A stretch of 64,000 nucleotides of DNA from the human T2T-CHM13v2.0 reference genome, Homo sapiens (GCA_009914755.4 CP068257.2:39232001-39296000), one strand, 5' to 3'. Shown: positions 27,433-42,270, numbered from the stretch's first letter. The notes: a model not told the origin generated them from the letters alone. Numbers and translations: made by a program.

Positions 27433-29535
27433 TCATTCAAAAACAAAAATAGGAAAGAGTGACACATACACAGAAAATAAAAAATACAAACCAGGCAACA
27501 GAAAGTACCTTTAAGAGACTCAAATTTTGGACTTAGATGAAAACATCAAAGATTCTCTTATAAATATTTCCAAAGAGCTAAAGAAGCCATGCTTTAAAAC
27601 AGTAAAGGTCTATATGTTTACAATGTCTCATCACATAGAGAATATCGACAGAGATATAAATTGCTGAAACAAACCAAATGAAATTTCTAGAGTTGAAAAT
27701 TACACTAACCAAAATGAAAAATTAACTAGAGGGGCTCAAAAGTCAATATGAGCTAGTAGAAGAAAGAATCAGCAAACTTGAAGATAGGTGGATAGAGATG
27801 ATGCAATTGGAAGAACAGAAAAAAAGAATAAAGAAAAATTCACAGTCTTAGCAAATGTGGGGAACCATCAAACACTTCAAGCAGTGAAGTGCAATGAGCA
27901 TATCAAACCAGCAGAGAGAGAAAAGAGTACAAAAAAAATTTTAAAGAAATAATGGCTAAAAACAGACCAAATATAATAAAACTTTTTATCTACAAATCCA
28001 AATATCTCAATAAATTCTAAGTCAGATAAATGTAAGAGATCCAAACCCAGATACATTATAGACAAAATGTTGAGTGCCAAAGACAAAGAAAAATCTTAAA
28101 AGCAGCAAGACTAAAACAACTTGACACATACAAGAAAACTGCAATAATTTCAACAGCTGACTTTCATCAGAATTAATGGAGGCTAAAGCAGTGGATGACA
28201 TTAAAAATGCTAAAAGAAAAAGAGAGAACCAATAATTTTATATTCAGCAAGACAATCTTTCTAATGTGAAAGCAAAAAAGGCAGAGAATTTATAGCACGC
28301 AGACCTGTCTTATTAGCAATACCAAAGAAATATCTTCAAACAGAATGTAAGTGACAGGAGAGTAATTCAAATTTATGAGACAAAAAACGTAATATATAGT
28401 TATTGGTAATATATGCCAATAAAGGTAATTATATAGTTGAGTTAATTGTAAAAGATAGTATAATTGCATATTTCTTTTCCTTTCTTCTCTCAGTTGATTT
28501 AAAAGACAAGTGCATAAGATAATATGTATGGAATTATATTATTGGGCCCATAACTTACAAAATTGTAATATATTTGACAATAATAGCACAAAGGAGGCAG
28601 GTGGAAGCAAAATTATATCAGAGAAAGAAAATAACACAAGTTGGCAACTAAAATCCACAGGAAGAAATAAAGAGAAACAGAAATGTAAACTAAGAAACAA
28701 ACATTTATTATTATAACATGTAACAAACATTATAAATATATTAAAAAGAGAATGAAGGAATGGAGTTATGTAAGAATAATGTTTCTATATTTCACTTGAA
28801 TTAAGTTAGCATAAATCTAAAGTAGAATCTGATAAGTTAATATGTATATTGTAAATCCCAGAGAAACCAGTAAAAAAGAAAACTGGAAAATATATAGTAA
28901 AAAACTCAGTAAAGAAATCAAAATGCTGCATTAGAAAATATTCACTTAATGCAAAATAAAGTAGTAAATGAGAAACAGAGAAACAGAAAATACGTGTGAC
29001 ATATTTTTTAAAAAAAGTAAAATAATAGACAAATCCAAACATATCAATAATAACATTAAATGTGGATGAATTAAGCTACCTGACCAAAGGCAAAGATTGT
29101 CAGACTGGACAAAATAAAAACAAGATCCAACTATATTATATCTACAAAAGACACCCTTTAAATTCAAAGATATACATAGGTTTAAAGTAAGAGGATAAAA
29201 AATTGTATATAGCAATAAAAGACTTGGAGTAGCTACATAAATATCAGATGACATAAACTTTAAAACAAACATAATTATAGAGATAAAGAAGGAAATTTTA
29301 TAATGACAAAAACAAATTTGTCAAGAATACATAGCAATTATAAACATATATACACCAAACAACAGAGTCCCCAAAATAGGTAAAGCACACCTGACAATGC
29401 AAAAATAATTGTTTCATATCTCACTTTCAATAATAAATACAAAAACTAGGCAAAGAGTCAACAAAGATATAGAGGACTTGAATAATGCCATAAACAACCA
29501 GACCTAACAGACATCTACAGCAGCAATCTTCAACC

Positions 29536-30069
29536 TTTCTGGCACCAGGGACCAGTCTAATGGAAGACAATTTTTCCACAGGCGGGGGTGGAGGGTCGGC
29601 AGGGGCTGGTTTCAGGATGATTCATGTGCATTATATTTATTGTACACTTTATTTCTATTATTATTACATTGTACTATATAATAAGATAATTATACAACTC
29701 ATCATAATGTAGAATCAGTGGGAGCCCTGAGCTTGTTTTCCTGCAACTAGATGGTCCCATTTGAGGGTGATTGGAGACAGTGACAGAACATCAGGCATTA
29801 GATTCTCTCATAAGAAGCACACAACCTAGATCCCTCACATGCATAGTTCACCATAGGGTTTGTGCTCCTGTGAGAATATAATGCTGCTGCTGATCTGATA
29901 GGGAACGGAGCTCAGGCAGTAATGTGAGTGATGGGGATTGGCTGTAAATACAGATGAAGTTCGCTAGCTTGCCTGCTGCTAACCTCCTGTTGTGTGGCCT
30001 TGTTCCTAATAGGCCATGGACTGGTACCAAACCATGGCCCAGGGTTTGGGACCTCTGATCTATAGAGCA
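29536..30069. mobile_element. non-autonomous DNA transposon (TIR type; the 8-bp TSD suggests the hAT superfamily) nested in L1M ORF2
   Basis: Insert interrupts the L1M sequence. Flanked by direct repeat CTTCAACC at 29528-29535 and 30070-30077. Termini are partially inverted: tttctggcaccagggaccagtctaatgg ... ccatggactggtaccaaaccatggcccagggtttgggacc. Family not assigned. Confidence 0.45.
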
Positions 30070-30891
30070 CTTCAACCAATAAGAGCAAAACGCACATTCT
30101 TCTCAAGCACACATGGAACATTCTCCACATAGACCATATATTGAACCACAAAAAAAGCCCAAAGAAATTTAAAAGAATTGAACTCATACTAACGTTTTCA
30201 CTGACCATAGTGAAATAAATTAGAAATCAATAACAATATAAAATTTGTGAAAGTCGTAAAATTTGGAAATTAAACAACATGCTCCTAAATAACTAATATG
30301 TCAAAGAACAAACCAAAGGAATATCAGAAAATATTTTGAGATGAATGTAAATGAAGACATAACACCAAAATGTATGTGATGCAGATTAAGCAGTGACAGA
30401 GGGAATTTTTAAACTGCAATTGCCTTTATTAAAAAATAAGATCTAAATTCAGTAACTTAACCTACCACGTGAAGACACTAGGGAAGAAAAACAAAAAGCA
30501 AATTAAACCTAAAGCAAGTAGATGAAATAAAATAATAAATATTAGAGATGAAATTAAGGATAGAAAAACAATGGAAAGTCAATAAAATGAAAAGTTGTTT
30601 CTTTGAAAAGATTAACAAAATTGAGAAACCTTTATTTAGCTTGACTAAGAAAAAGGAGGATTCAAATTACTGAAGTTAGGAAAGAATCAGGAAATATTGT
30701 TAGTCTACTAAAATAGATAAGGAAGTACTATGAGAAATTATATGGAAATAAATTATATAATTTAGATGAAATGGACAAATTGCTAGAAAAGAACAAATTT
30801 CTGGAACCAGGTAAAAAAGAAGTAGAAAATCTGACTAGACATATAGTAAGTAAGAAGATTGGATTAGTTATCAAGAAACTACCCACATACA

Positions 30892-31510
30892 GTGTGGTGA
30901 TTCCTCAAGGATCTAAAACTAGAAATACCATTTGACCCAGCAATCCCATTACTGGGTATATACCCAAAGGATTATAAATCATTCTACTATAAAGAAATGT
31001 GCACACGTATGTTTATTGCAGCACTATTTACAATAGCAAAGACTTGGAACCAGCCCAAATGCCCATCAATGATAGACTAGATAAAGAAAATGTGGTACAT
31101 ATATACCATGGAATACTGTGCAGCCATAAAAAAGAATGAGTTCATGTCCTTTGCAGGGACATGGATGAAGCTGGAAACCATCATTCTCAGCAAACTAACA
31201 CAGGAACAGAAAACCAAACATTGCATGTTCTCACTCATAAGTGGCAGCTGAACATTGAGAACACATGGACACAGGAGGGGAACATCACACACTGGGCACT
31301 GTCGGGAGGTGGGGGAAAGGCAAAAGGGGAAAGGGAAGGGAGAGCATTAGGACAAATACCTAATGCATGTGGAGCTTAAAACCTAAATGACAGGTTGATA
31401 GGTGCAGCAAACCACCATGGCACATGTATATCTATGTAACAAACCTGCACCGTCAGCGCATGTATCCCAGAACTTAAAGTAAAATAAAAAATAAAATATA
31501 TAAAAAATAA
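30892..31510 (+). mobile_element. L1PA-type 3'-end fragment of about 620 bp nested in L1M ORF2
   Basis: agtgtggtgattcctcaaggatctaaaactagaaataccatttgacccagcaatcccattactgggtatatacccaaagg ... catggaatactgtgcagccataaaaaagaatgagttcatgtcctttgcagggacatggatgaagctggaaaccatcattctcagcaaactaacacaggaacagaaaaccaaacattgcatgttctcactcataagtggcagctgaacattgagaacacatggacacaggagggg ... acaaacctgcaccgtcagcgcatgtatcccagaacttaaagtaaaataaaaaataaaat. Much less diverged than the host L1M. Confidence 0.85.
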
Positions 31511-31577
31511 TTACTTCCAGTTCCATAGTAATCACACTAATTAGAATTTTCCAGGCAGAAAAAAAAAAAAAAAAAAG
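31511..31577 (+). other. candidate L1 3' transduction: about 48 bp of non-L1 sequence plus a second poly(A), between the L1PA terminus and its TSD
   Basis: ttacttccagttccatagtaatcacactaattagaattttccaggcag then A18, then a TSD-like copy AAGAAACTACCCTCAAAAA (31579-31597) matching AAGAAACTACCCACATACA immediately 5' of the L1PA fragment (30873-30891). Confidence 0.45.
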
Positions 31578-34095
31578 AAACTACCCTCAAAAATTGCCCA
31601 GGCACTGATACTGATGGCCTTATTGGTTAATTCTACCAAACAGTTGAAAAACCAGTAAGGCCAATTCTTCATAAACCCTTCTAAAAATTAGAAGAGGAGG
31701 GATTGTTTCCCAACTCATTCCACAGGCCAGTATTAACCCAATACCAAAACTAGACAAAGATATCACAAGAAAATTACAGACAGAATCTGTAGTGGATGAA
31801 TTTCATCATATGCCTTATAAAAGTAGATTTAAAATACTAGAAACCCAATTCAGCAATACACAAAAGAATTGTACATCATGACCAAATAGCACTTATCCTG
31901 GGAATGCAAGGTTGTTTAGCATCTGAAAAATCAATGCTTACAACACGTATTAATACAATAAAGAATACGATTTTTGAGATCATTTCAATAGATGTGGACA
32001 AAACATTTGACAAAAGCCAATGCCCTTTTATGATAAGACTACTCAGCAAGTGAGGAATAGAAAGGAACTTTCTCAATCTGATAAAGGAAATCTACAAAAC
32101 CCCACAGCTAACATAATATTTAATAGTGAAAGACTGAATATTTTCCCCTCAAGATCAAGAACACAGTAAGGATGTCTGCTCTTACCACTTCTAGTCAAAA
32201 TTGTAAAAAAGAAAAAAAATTATCCAGGTAATTGGGCAAGAAAAGAAATAAAAGACATTCAGATTGAAAAGGAAGAAGTAAAACTATTTATTGACAAATG
32301 AAATGATCTTGTATATAGAAAACACTGAGGAATCCACTAAAAACTATTAAAACTAACAATTTGAGCAAGATTGCAGGATACAAGATCAATTTACAAATTT
32401 CAGCTGTATTTCTATACAGTTTCAATTAACAACCTAAAAATCAAATCTAGAAATCAATTCCATTTACAATAGCATTAAAAAAATAGAATGTTTAGAAATA
32501 TGTTTAACGAAAGAAACATAAAACATGTATTCAGAAAACTATAACACATCACTGGGAAAAGTAAAAAAGACCTAAATGAAACACCTCATTAACGTAGATC
32601 AGAAGACAATATTATTACAATGTCAATACTCCCCAAATTGATTTAGAAAGTCACTGCAATTCCTATTAAAATATTCGATGGCTTTTTTACACAAATTGAC
32701 AAGTACATCCTAAAATTCATGTGGAAATGCAATTGACTGAAATAGTCAAAACAAACTTGAAAAGGAAAATCAAAGTTGGAGGACTCATAATTCTCAATTC
32801 CAAAACTTACAACAAAGCTACAGTAGTCAAGACAGTGTAATATTGGCATCAGGACAGACACATAAATTAATGGAACAGAATAAGAATTGAGAATCCAGAA
32901 ATGAACTTTTAACTTTATGGTCAGTTGATGTTCAACAAGGGTGCTGGGATAATTCAAGGGGGAAAGACTAAACTTTTTGACGTTGAGACAACTAGATATC
33001 CACATGCAAACGAATAAAACTGAACCACTTCCTCACACCATACACAAAAAGTAACTCAAAATAGACCATAGATGTAAATGTAAGAGCTGAAGCTATAAAA
33101 CTCTTAGAAGAAAACATAGAAGTGAGTCCTTGTGGCCTTGTATTATGCAAAGTCTTCTTCAGTAGCCCACCAAAAGCACAAGTGATAAAAAAAAAGTATA
33201 TATCAGACTTCAGCAAAATTATCAAAATTAAAAGCTTTTGTGCTGCAAATGATAACATCAAGAAAATGGAAACACAACCCACCAAACTGAAGAAAATATT
33301 TCCAAGTCATGAATCTGATAAGGGATTTGTATTCAAACTATAAAAAGAACTCTTACAACTCAGTGATTAAAAATAAGCTAATTAAAAATGGGCAAAGGAT
33401 GTGATGAGGCTTTTTCCCCCCAAGGAACATGTGCAAATGACCACAACACATGGAAAGACTCTCAATATCATTAGTTATCAAGGAAATGCAAATGAAAACC
33501 ACAATGAGGTACCACTTCACTAAGGATCAAAATGAGAGATGATAACAAATCTTTGCAAGGTTGTGAAGAAATGGAAACCCTCACTCATTGCTGCTGGAAA
33601 TGAGATAAGACACAGCCACTTTGGAAACCAACTGGGCAGTTCCTTAAAAAGTTAAACATAGAGATACCACGTGACCCAGCAATTCAACTCCCAGGTATCA
33701 ACCCAAGGGAAATGAGAACATATATCCACAAAATACTTGTACATGAATATTTTAGCAGCATTATTAATAATAGCTAAGAATGGAAACAACTCAAATGTCC
33801 ATTAACTGATGAATAGTTAAATAAAATGTGATATATCCATATAATGAAATATTATTGAGCAATAGAAAAGAATGAAGTAATTACAACAGTGTGGATGAAC
33901 TTAAAAGCACTAAGCTAAGTGAAAGAAGCCAGTCACAAAGGATCCCATGTGGCATAATTCCATTTATATGAAATGTCCAGACTAGGCAAATTTGTAGAAA
34001 TAGAAAATAGATTACTGGTTGCCTAGGGCTAGGGCAGGTGGAGTAGAAAGAGAACAGAGAATGGGAAAAGGAGAATTGGAGTAGGTAAAGAGCTC

Positions 34096-34437
34096 TGTGT
34101 TAGGCCATACTTCTGTTACTCTAAATACCTGAGACTGGGCAATTTATAGAGAAAAGAAGTTTAATTGGCTCATGGTTCTGCAGGCTATACAAACAGGGTA
34201 CCCACATCTGCTCAGCTTCTGCCAAGAATCTCAGGAAGCTGACAACCATGGTGGAAGGTGAAGAGGGAGCTGGCACGTCACATGGCTAGAGCAGGAACAA
34301 GAGACAGAGCAAGAGAATGAGTGGGGAGGGCCACACACTTTCAGACAATCAGATCTCCCCCTTCAGGCCCCACTTCCAACACTGGGGATTACATTTCAGT
34401 ATGAGATTTGGATGGGACAAATAACCAAACTCTATCA
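34096..34437 (-). mobile_element. MaLR solo LTR (MST/THE1-like) nested in the 3' end of L1M
   Basis: tgttaggccatacttctgttactctaaatacctgagactgggcaatttatagagaaaagaagtttaattggctcatggttctgcagg ... caaccatggtggaaggtgaagagggagctggcacgtcacatggctagagcagg ... actggggattacatttcagtatgagatttggatgggacaaataaccaaactctatca, reverse complement of the MaLR LTR. L1M 3' sequence resumes after it. Confidence 0.75.
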
Positions 34438-35144
34438 GGTTCCATTTTGTGATGACAATAAGGTTCTACAGTCAGATTTGATGATGGTTGTATAACTCTG
34501 TAAATATACTGAAAACCATTGAATTGTACTCGTTAAATGGGTAAATTATATGGTATATGAATTACATCTCCATATAGCTGTTTTAGAAACGCATGCACAA
34601 GAGACAGAAAGTTACAGACTATATTTACCAAAGTTTCTGAGTGATCATGGAGACTGTTTATTAAATAACATGTCTTTGCCACCTTGAAGCCATGCCATTC
34701 TTCATGTGAGATCCTGTTTCACAGCAATAGCTCATGAACTTGTTATAGGTATAGAAATATAATAAAAATGCAGATTCAACTCATTTTTATTTATAACATT
34801 AACACTATAATAAGGATGTCGTTTCGACTACTGTATCCCAGATATTATGAGTACTGGCTGGTCTCTATAGCCCTCCACCCTTCCCTGCCGTCTCTGTGCC
34901 CTAAGCAGCTAACTTCTATGGACTGCATCACCTTGACTCCCTCATCGCAAGCGTTTAAATGTTTGTGTCCTCTCGTTAGGCTGTATTCCTAATGACCGCA
35001 AGCCCTGTCTGCAACCTCCTCCTACAATTCTTCTGACCATAATGAGGGTCCTATAATATCCTTCGCTCCCCTTGCCCTTTCACTCTTAGGAGTGGAGAAG
35101 CTTTGTGCTGGCTCCTGATGTGATGCTATTAGGAGGTCTTTGGA

Positions 35145-35445
35145 AGATAATTAGGTCATGAGGGTGGAACCCTCATGAACGGTATTACTGTCCTTGTCCA
35201 AGAGACTCCAAGGAATTATTTCACCCTCTTTCCACCTTGTGAAGATGCAATGAGAAGTCAGCAGTCTGCAATCGGCCCTCACCAGATTGCCCTGAAAGAG
35301 GGCCCTCACCAGAACCGAACATGCTGGCACCCTGATCTTGAACTCCAGCCTCCAGAACTATGAGAAATACATTTCTGTTACGTATAAGCCACGAATCTAT
35401 GGTACTTTTATTATCACAGATTAAATGAACTAAGACACTGATTTC
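35145..35445 (+). mobile_element. MaLR LTR 3' portion (MLT1-like)
   Basis: gtctttggaagataattaggtcatgagggtggaaccctcatgaacggtattactgtcc ... ccaccttgtgaagatgcaatgagaagtcagcagtctgcaatc ... caccctgatcttgaactccagcctccagaactatgagaaatacatttctgttacgtataagccacgaatctatggtacttttattatcaca. Confidence 0.5.
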
Positions 35446-36427
35446 ATTGGGTTTGGCCAACAGAGACCTGGACAGGAACCCAGAGAGCAGAAAGAGAGAG
35501 GCTTGCCCCACAAGCCCTGTCTGTGACCTGCTTCTTACAGTTCTTCTGACCATGATGAGGGTCCTATAACACCCTTTGCTCCCATTGCCCTTTCACTCTT
35601 AGGAGTGGAGAAGCTTTGTGCTGGGGCCATTCCTGAGTCATGTCATCCTCTCGTACTCGGTGCCCACACCTCAGTTCACAGTTGCTCACTGCTCCTGCCA
35701 TCCGTTTCCAGCTGGGAACTTGGTAGAGACAGGGCAAGCACACCAGTTCCTTACCTAACAGGAACCCTCTATGGTCAAAGGGAAGAATTTATTCCACTGT
35801 TCAGACTGATCACGTCATGTTCTGCCTACCTTGGCCTTGCAGACCCACGTCTGCACCAAACGACATGTTATAACGATGCTCTGTTGGGTGGCCTTTTGCT
35901 TCTAGTTTTCTATGACACTAGAGATACTCTTGCAAGCAACAGAGTTTAACTTTAGAAGCTGAATTTTTATCCTACAAAAATGAGCTTACCATAAATACGG
36001 TCAGTGTGCCTATTTTATAATGTCTCAAATAGAATAGTAAGAATCAAAACAATCTTAAAAGTAAATTGTGTTACACAAATTTGATATCCAAACAACATTT
36101 AAAGCTTACTGGATATGCATTTTGAAGTGGAAACCTGAATTCCTGGCTTCCAGGCCCGGTTAGTGCCTCCACCTGTGTCTCATCTGCCTTTGTCTGGGAA
36201 GCAGTTTTCAGACCCAGCTGAGCCTGACCCAGTGGAATCTCCGGTGCTTAGCACAGCCAGACTGATAGAGTTCGCCTTTCCTCAGAATGCAAAACAATTC
36301 ATCCAGAACTAGCAAGTCCACAGATAAGGGATATTTATGCTTATTGTGCCAGATCTCTGAATGGCTGATTTAAAAAATTATATAAAATAAAATAAAATCT
36401 TGTGTGTCTCTTGTGGGTTAAGAAATG

Positions 36428-36686
36428 GAGGCCGAGGCAGGCGGATCACGAGGTCAGGATATCAGGACCAACCTGGCTAACACGGTGAAACCCCGTCTCT
36501 ACTAAAAAAATACAAAAAATTAGCCAGGCATGCTGGCGGGCGCCTGTAGTCCCAACTATGTGGGAGGCTGAGGCAGGAGAATGGCGTGAACCCGGGAGGC
36601 GGAACTTGCAGTGAGCGGCAATGCGCCACTGCACTCCTGCCTGGGTGACAGAGCGAGACTCCGTCTCAAAAAAAAAAAAAAAAAAT
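36428..36686 (+). mobile_element. Alu SINE (AluY/S-like, many CpGs retained), 5'-truncated at about Alu position 38, A18 tail
   Basis: ggccgaggcaggcggatcacgaggtcagga ... gcctgtagtcccaactatgtgggaggctgaggcaggagaatggcgtgaacccgggaggcggaacttgcagtgagcggcaatgcgccactgcactcc ... ccgtctcaaaaaaaaa. Possible TSD AAGAAATG at 36417-36424 and 36697-36704. Confidence 0.9.
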
Positions 36687-37352
36687 GAAAAGAAAAGAAA
36701 TGCATTGCACCATTTTTTCATGGCTACTTTAACCAGAGGTGGCCTACATTTATTTCCTTCCTTCAGGTCATATAACATCAGATCTTTTCATTAGCATGAT
36801 AGCTGGAGATGTATTTAGAAGCTTTTTCTTTATAGCAACTAAAATACCCAACATACAAAACATTTACAGTATTTCATTTATCAAGAACCTATCTCTTTGT
36901 GGCAGACACAAAACCTGACTTGAAGTCAGTTAAGGGGTGATGTGACTTGGGGGATCTTCAGAAAAAGCCTTTGACTGAGAATATCACCCCTGCTGTCAGT
37001 CACTTTACTGCGATAATATTTTCCCTTTAAGCCAGGATTTCCCAAAGTGCGTGGAGAAAGACACAACCAACGCATTACCTTTGGTTACTTCAGGGGATGG
37101 GACTGGAAAGCACTTGGGGAGGAGAGAGACTGTTAACATTTTATACATTTTATCATTTAGCTCATCGCAACAATTGTATATTACTAAGGCAGTTTGTTTT
37201 CAGAAATCTGATACCGAGCCTTTTAAAGGTAAAATGTAATAGAATTAGGGGAATGGGAATACATTTTGGGAACTCTGCGTTAAACCAGGTTCTCATTGAT
37301 AAACATCAACCTCTATCCCATGCCACAGAGGGCACTTCAAAGCCACATCCCA

Positions 37353-37715
<363 letters not shown>

Positions 37716-39849
37716 CTAAGTCCCAGAACAACCAGATATCCACAGCTCCAAAACACACCAGAAATTCCCTCCTTTCCCTCTGCCAGGGAAGAGCCCACCC
37801 TTCATCCATCTGGATCCAGTTTAAATATCACCTCCTCTAACCCAGGCTATGGTCTAGCACCCTCTCTCTGGTTTCCCGCAATATTCTCCGCAGGCTGTTT
37901 ACCCACCTCACATTCCGGGAGGGCTACTGAGGGCTCATACGCTTGGATGGAACTCAATATCAGGTCTTTACTGAGAACCACGTGCTCCTCCCATGTGGAG
38001 CTCTTTATAATCATTCCCTCATTCAACACCCTATGAGCCAGAGAGGATTACTTTCTCTGTTTTACTAACAAGGAACCTAAAATTTGGAAAAGATGCAAAA
38101 CTAGCCCAAAGTTGCGTGTTTAGTGACTGATGTAGCCATAATGCTGCTGCCAGGCCAGCTCCGGCTGCCCACCCTCTCCCTGGGGGCCTTGACGATAAGT
38201 TATTAGCTCCTCGTGAGGCTGGCAGTGTGAGTCCACCTTCATACCCTACAGGAGCTGGCAGGATGACCACTTGTTAGATGTTTAATAAATGATTGTTGAG
38301 CAAATAAAGAAATGCTTGGGTGAATCAGAAAGATGTGATTACTATTAACTTCTCACTATTAAAACATAACAACTTCTGGGCAGGGTTCCCTCTTAATCCC
38401 TTATCAGACTACCTGATGTAGCCTCTGTAATCAACACCTTAGCAGAATTACCACATATAATCCTTCCTGATAGAGTGCCTGAAACTCAATCGACTCAGCA
38501 AATGCTTGGCTCCTTGCCTTCTTTCCTCCAAGAGCTAGAAGGAGGAAGGTTGGATGTGTGAGGTTTGGGAAAGTCACCGCATGCTGAGAGGACATTGATT
38601 CAGGGATTGAGAGGACATCAAAGACAAACTTCTCACACTTGTCCACAAAAGAATCCCAAGGTCCATACACTTGGAGAAGAGAGCTTAATTTCTTATAAAG
38701 GGTTGCAGCCTCTGGCCACCCTGAAAGACTAGGAAGCATAGCCTTCAGCAGAGACTGAAAGCAGCTACTTCGAAGGAGGATGGGTGAGACAGGAATTTAT
38801 GCTGAATGGGTTGGCTAAGTATATATATTTAACAAGCTATAGGAGGGGCTGTGAATATTTATGAGGGGTGTATGTGCATGCATGGTAAACCTGTGTGTAA
38901 TATGCATCCCATGTTCACTTTGGGGTGGAGACGTAACATTTAAATGCATTAAAGTTAATCTCTATATATAAAAAGATGAAGCAGAGGACAGGAAGGTCCT
39001 CAGTGTGCAGCCTCTGTGGACCTGCCCGACCACCAGTCTGTGGCTGAGGGTCTCTTATCAGGAGAAAGTTACTAAAATTAGTCTCTTTTCGAATCAAAGC
39101 TGTAGTATGGTTTGTGGGATTGGGTGAGGTGAGGAGGTCAGTTAGTCAGTGTCTGTCCATCAGTGAGCTGCAATTGTTTCACTATTGCTCATCGCCAGGC
39201 CAGTGTGGAGAAAAAGAAAATCTTTGTGGCAGAACATAGCTGACTCTTTAAGTGCACAGGTGTATAACCTAACTCCTCCGCGCATGGCCTTTAGTCTTGT
39301 TTATAATTTGGTGTCTTATTGCCACTCTGTTCTGTCAGTCTTACGGTCCCTGTTTGAGCACACTTCATCATCTTGATTAGCACCAGGCTGGTGCACTTTA
39401 TTAAAAAATCAAGGAAACTACCCAGTCTGACTCAATTCACTTAAATGTCCTTTAGGCATGGCCATAAATACTCAACTTTAGAGGTAACAAACATCATGGA
39501 TGCTTTTCACATAATGCTGTTTCACATAAAATTCTCGGCAACCCAGTTCTTGTATTGTAGGTGAAATAATCAAAACTTCAGAGCGTTCAGTCAAGATGAC
39601 TTTGCTACGTCATAATGGAGCTAAAGGTCGAATGCAGGGCTTGTGAATAGACTCCAATCTAGCCTCCATCTCTCTGTGTGGCACCCCTCTCTGGATGTGG
39701 TTGTCATCTCCTCTCTTCTCTTCTTGTGGCCTCATCTCTAGAGTTGAATAAGTAATGGGTCGAATGGTCTGGCTTTGCTCTTTCCCTTTTCCAGCCCTCC
39801 AACCCCCTACTTAGTCAGTTAAAGCACCAGGTAAAGAAATAAAAGAGGT

Positions 39850-40680
<831 letters not shown>

Positions 40681-40960
40681 TTACGTTTCCTGTAAACTCC
40701 GTTCTGGAGGCATGACTGCATATAGAAGTTGAAAACTATAATTAGGGAAAGAATTTTAATTTTATAATAATCTCTGTATGTATATGTCTCTTATTGGGCG
40801 TGAGGGTAGGGGAAAGAAGTTACTTTTTTTGGGTTAAAATGGAGCAGTCAGTATGAGAAAGTGTCTTGAGACTTGGATTTTAGTGAATTGTATGATTAAG
40901 CGCAAGATCCTTAACCACTCTAATAATCCTTGATACTAAGTACCTATGAAATGTGAATAG

Positions 40961-41283
<323 letters not shown>

Positions 41284-41897
41284 CTATTCTTCTCACACAG
41301 ACATTGCTAAAGTTAAAAAAAGAATATGTTATTAAGAATATGTAAAAGCCTATAAAGTGTCAGATTATTGTTATTAATTATCTGTTTTCATTACCATAAA
41401 ATAAGAAACTGGAAGAAGAAACTATGCTTTCTATGTATTCCTATTTAAACTCTGAGGGGGGTTAGAGTTTTTCCAGTAATGAAGCAGTTGTTCATTCCAT
41501 GTTGCTCTGGGAGCAATTATTTGTTTCCTCAGTGAAACAAGTGAAAAAAGAACTGACGTGGGTTGATCCTTGATCATCTCTATTTGCTTGTACAGATACC
41601 GATTACTGCCTAACCATCAGAAGAGAATGGTTAAAATTTTTCAAAGCTCTATTCCTACGTGTCAATAAATCCACAAAAATAATAATAGCTCTGAGCACTC
41701 AAAAGGGTAAACTCTTCCTGCTCCCTCCTTAACCACCAAACTTCTGCTTTGAGGACCAAGTATTTTCTCTCTGCCTCTAACGTATACCCAATATACCCAA
41801 GTAATTATGACCTACAAAGCTGATGTTTTAAAAAATAATAGCATTGCTGAGAGATAACTCATATCCCCACACCTGACCTATTTAAACTGTACAAGCC

Positions 41898-42270
<373 letters not shown>

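Larger units (their letters stand above)
27430..34600 (+). mobile_element. ancient L1 (L1M-type), near full length; ORF1, inter-ORF, ORF2 and 3' end recognisable; carries three nested insertions
   Basis: ORF1-like: ctagaggggctcaaaagtcaatatgagctagtagaagaaagaatcagcaaacttgaagataggtgg ... ggaggctaaagcagtggatgacattaaaaatgctaaaag. ORF2 start: atatcaataataacattaaatgtggatgaattaagctacctgaccaaaggcaaagattgtcagactggacaaaataaaaacaagatccaactatattatatctacaaaagacaccctttaaattcaaagatatacatagg. RT region: catcatgaccaaatagcacttatcctgggaatgcaaggttgtttagcatctgaaaaatcaatg. 3' end: ggttgcctagggctagggcagg ... ccattgaattgtactcgttaaatgggtaaattatatggtatatgaattacatctcc. Many stops and frameshifts, so non-functional. The 5' boundary is uncertain; 26690-27430 may be a diverged 5' UTR. 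Confidence 0.7.

Noticed and set aside
27430-34600. Possibility that the L1M or L1PA copies encode functional ORF1p/ORF2p
   Set aside because: The ORF track shows only short, broken frames across these regions. Copies are heavily diverged or truncated, so they are non-autonomous relics.
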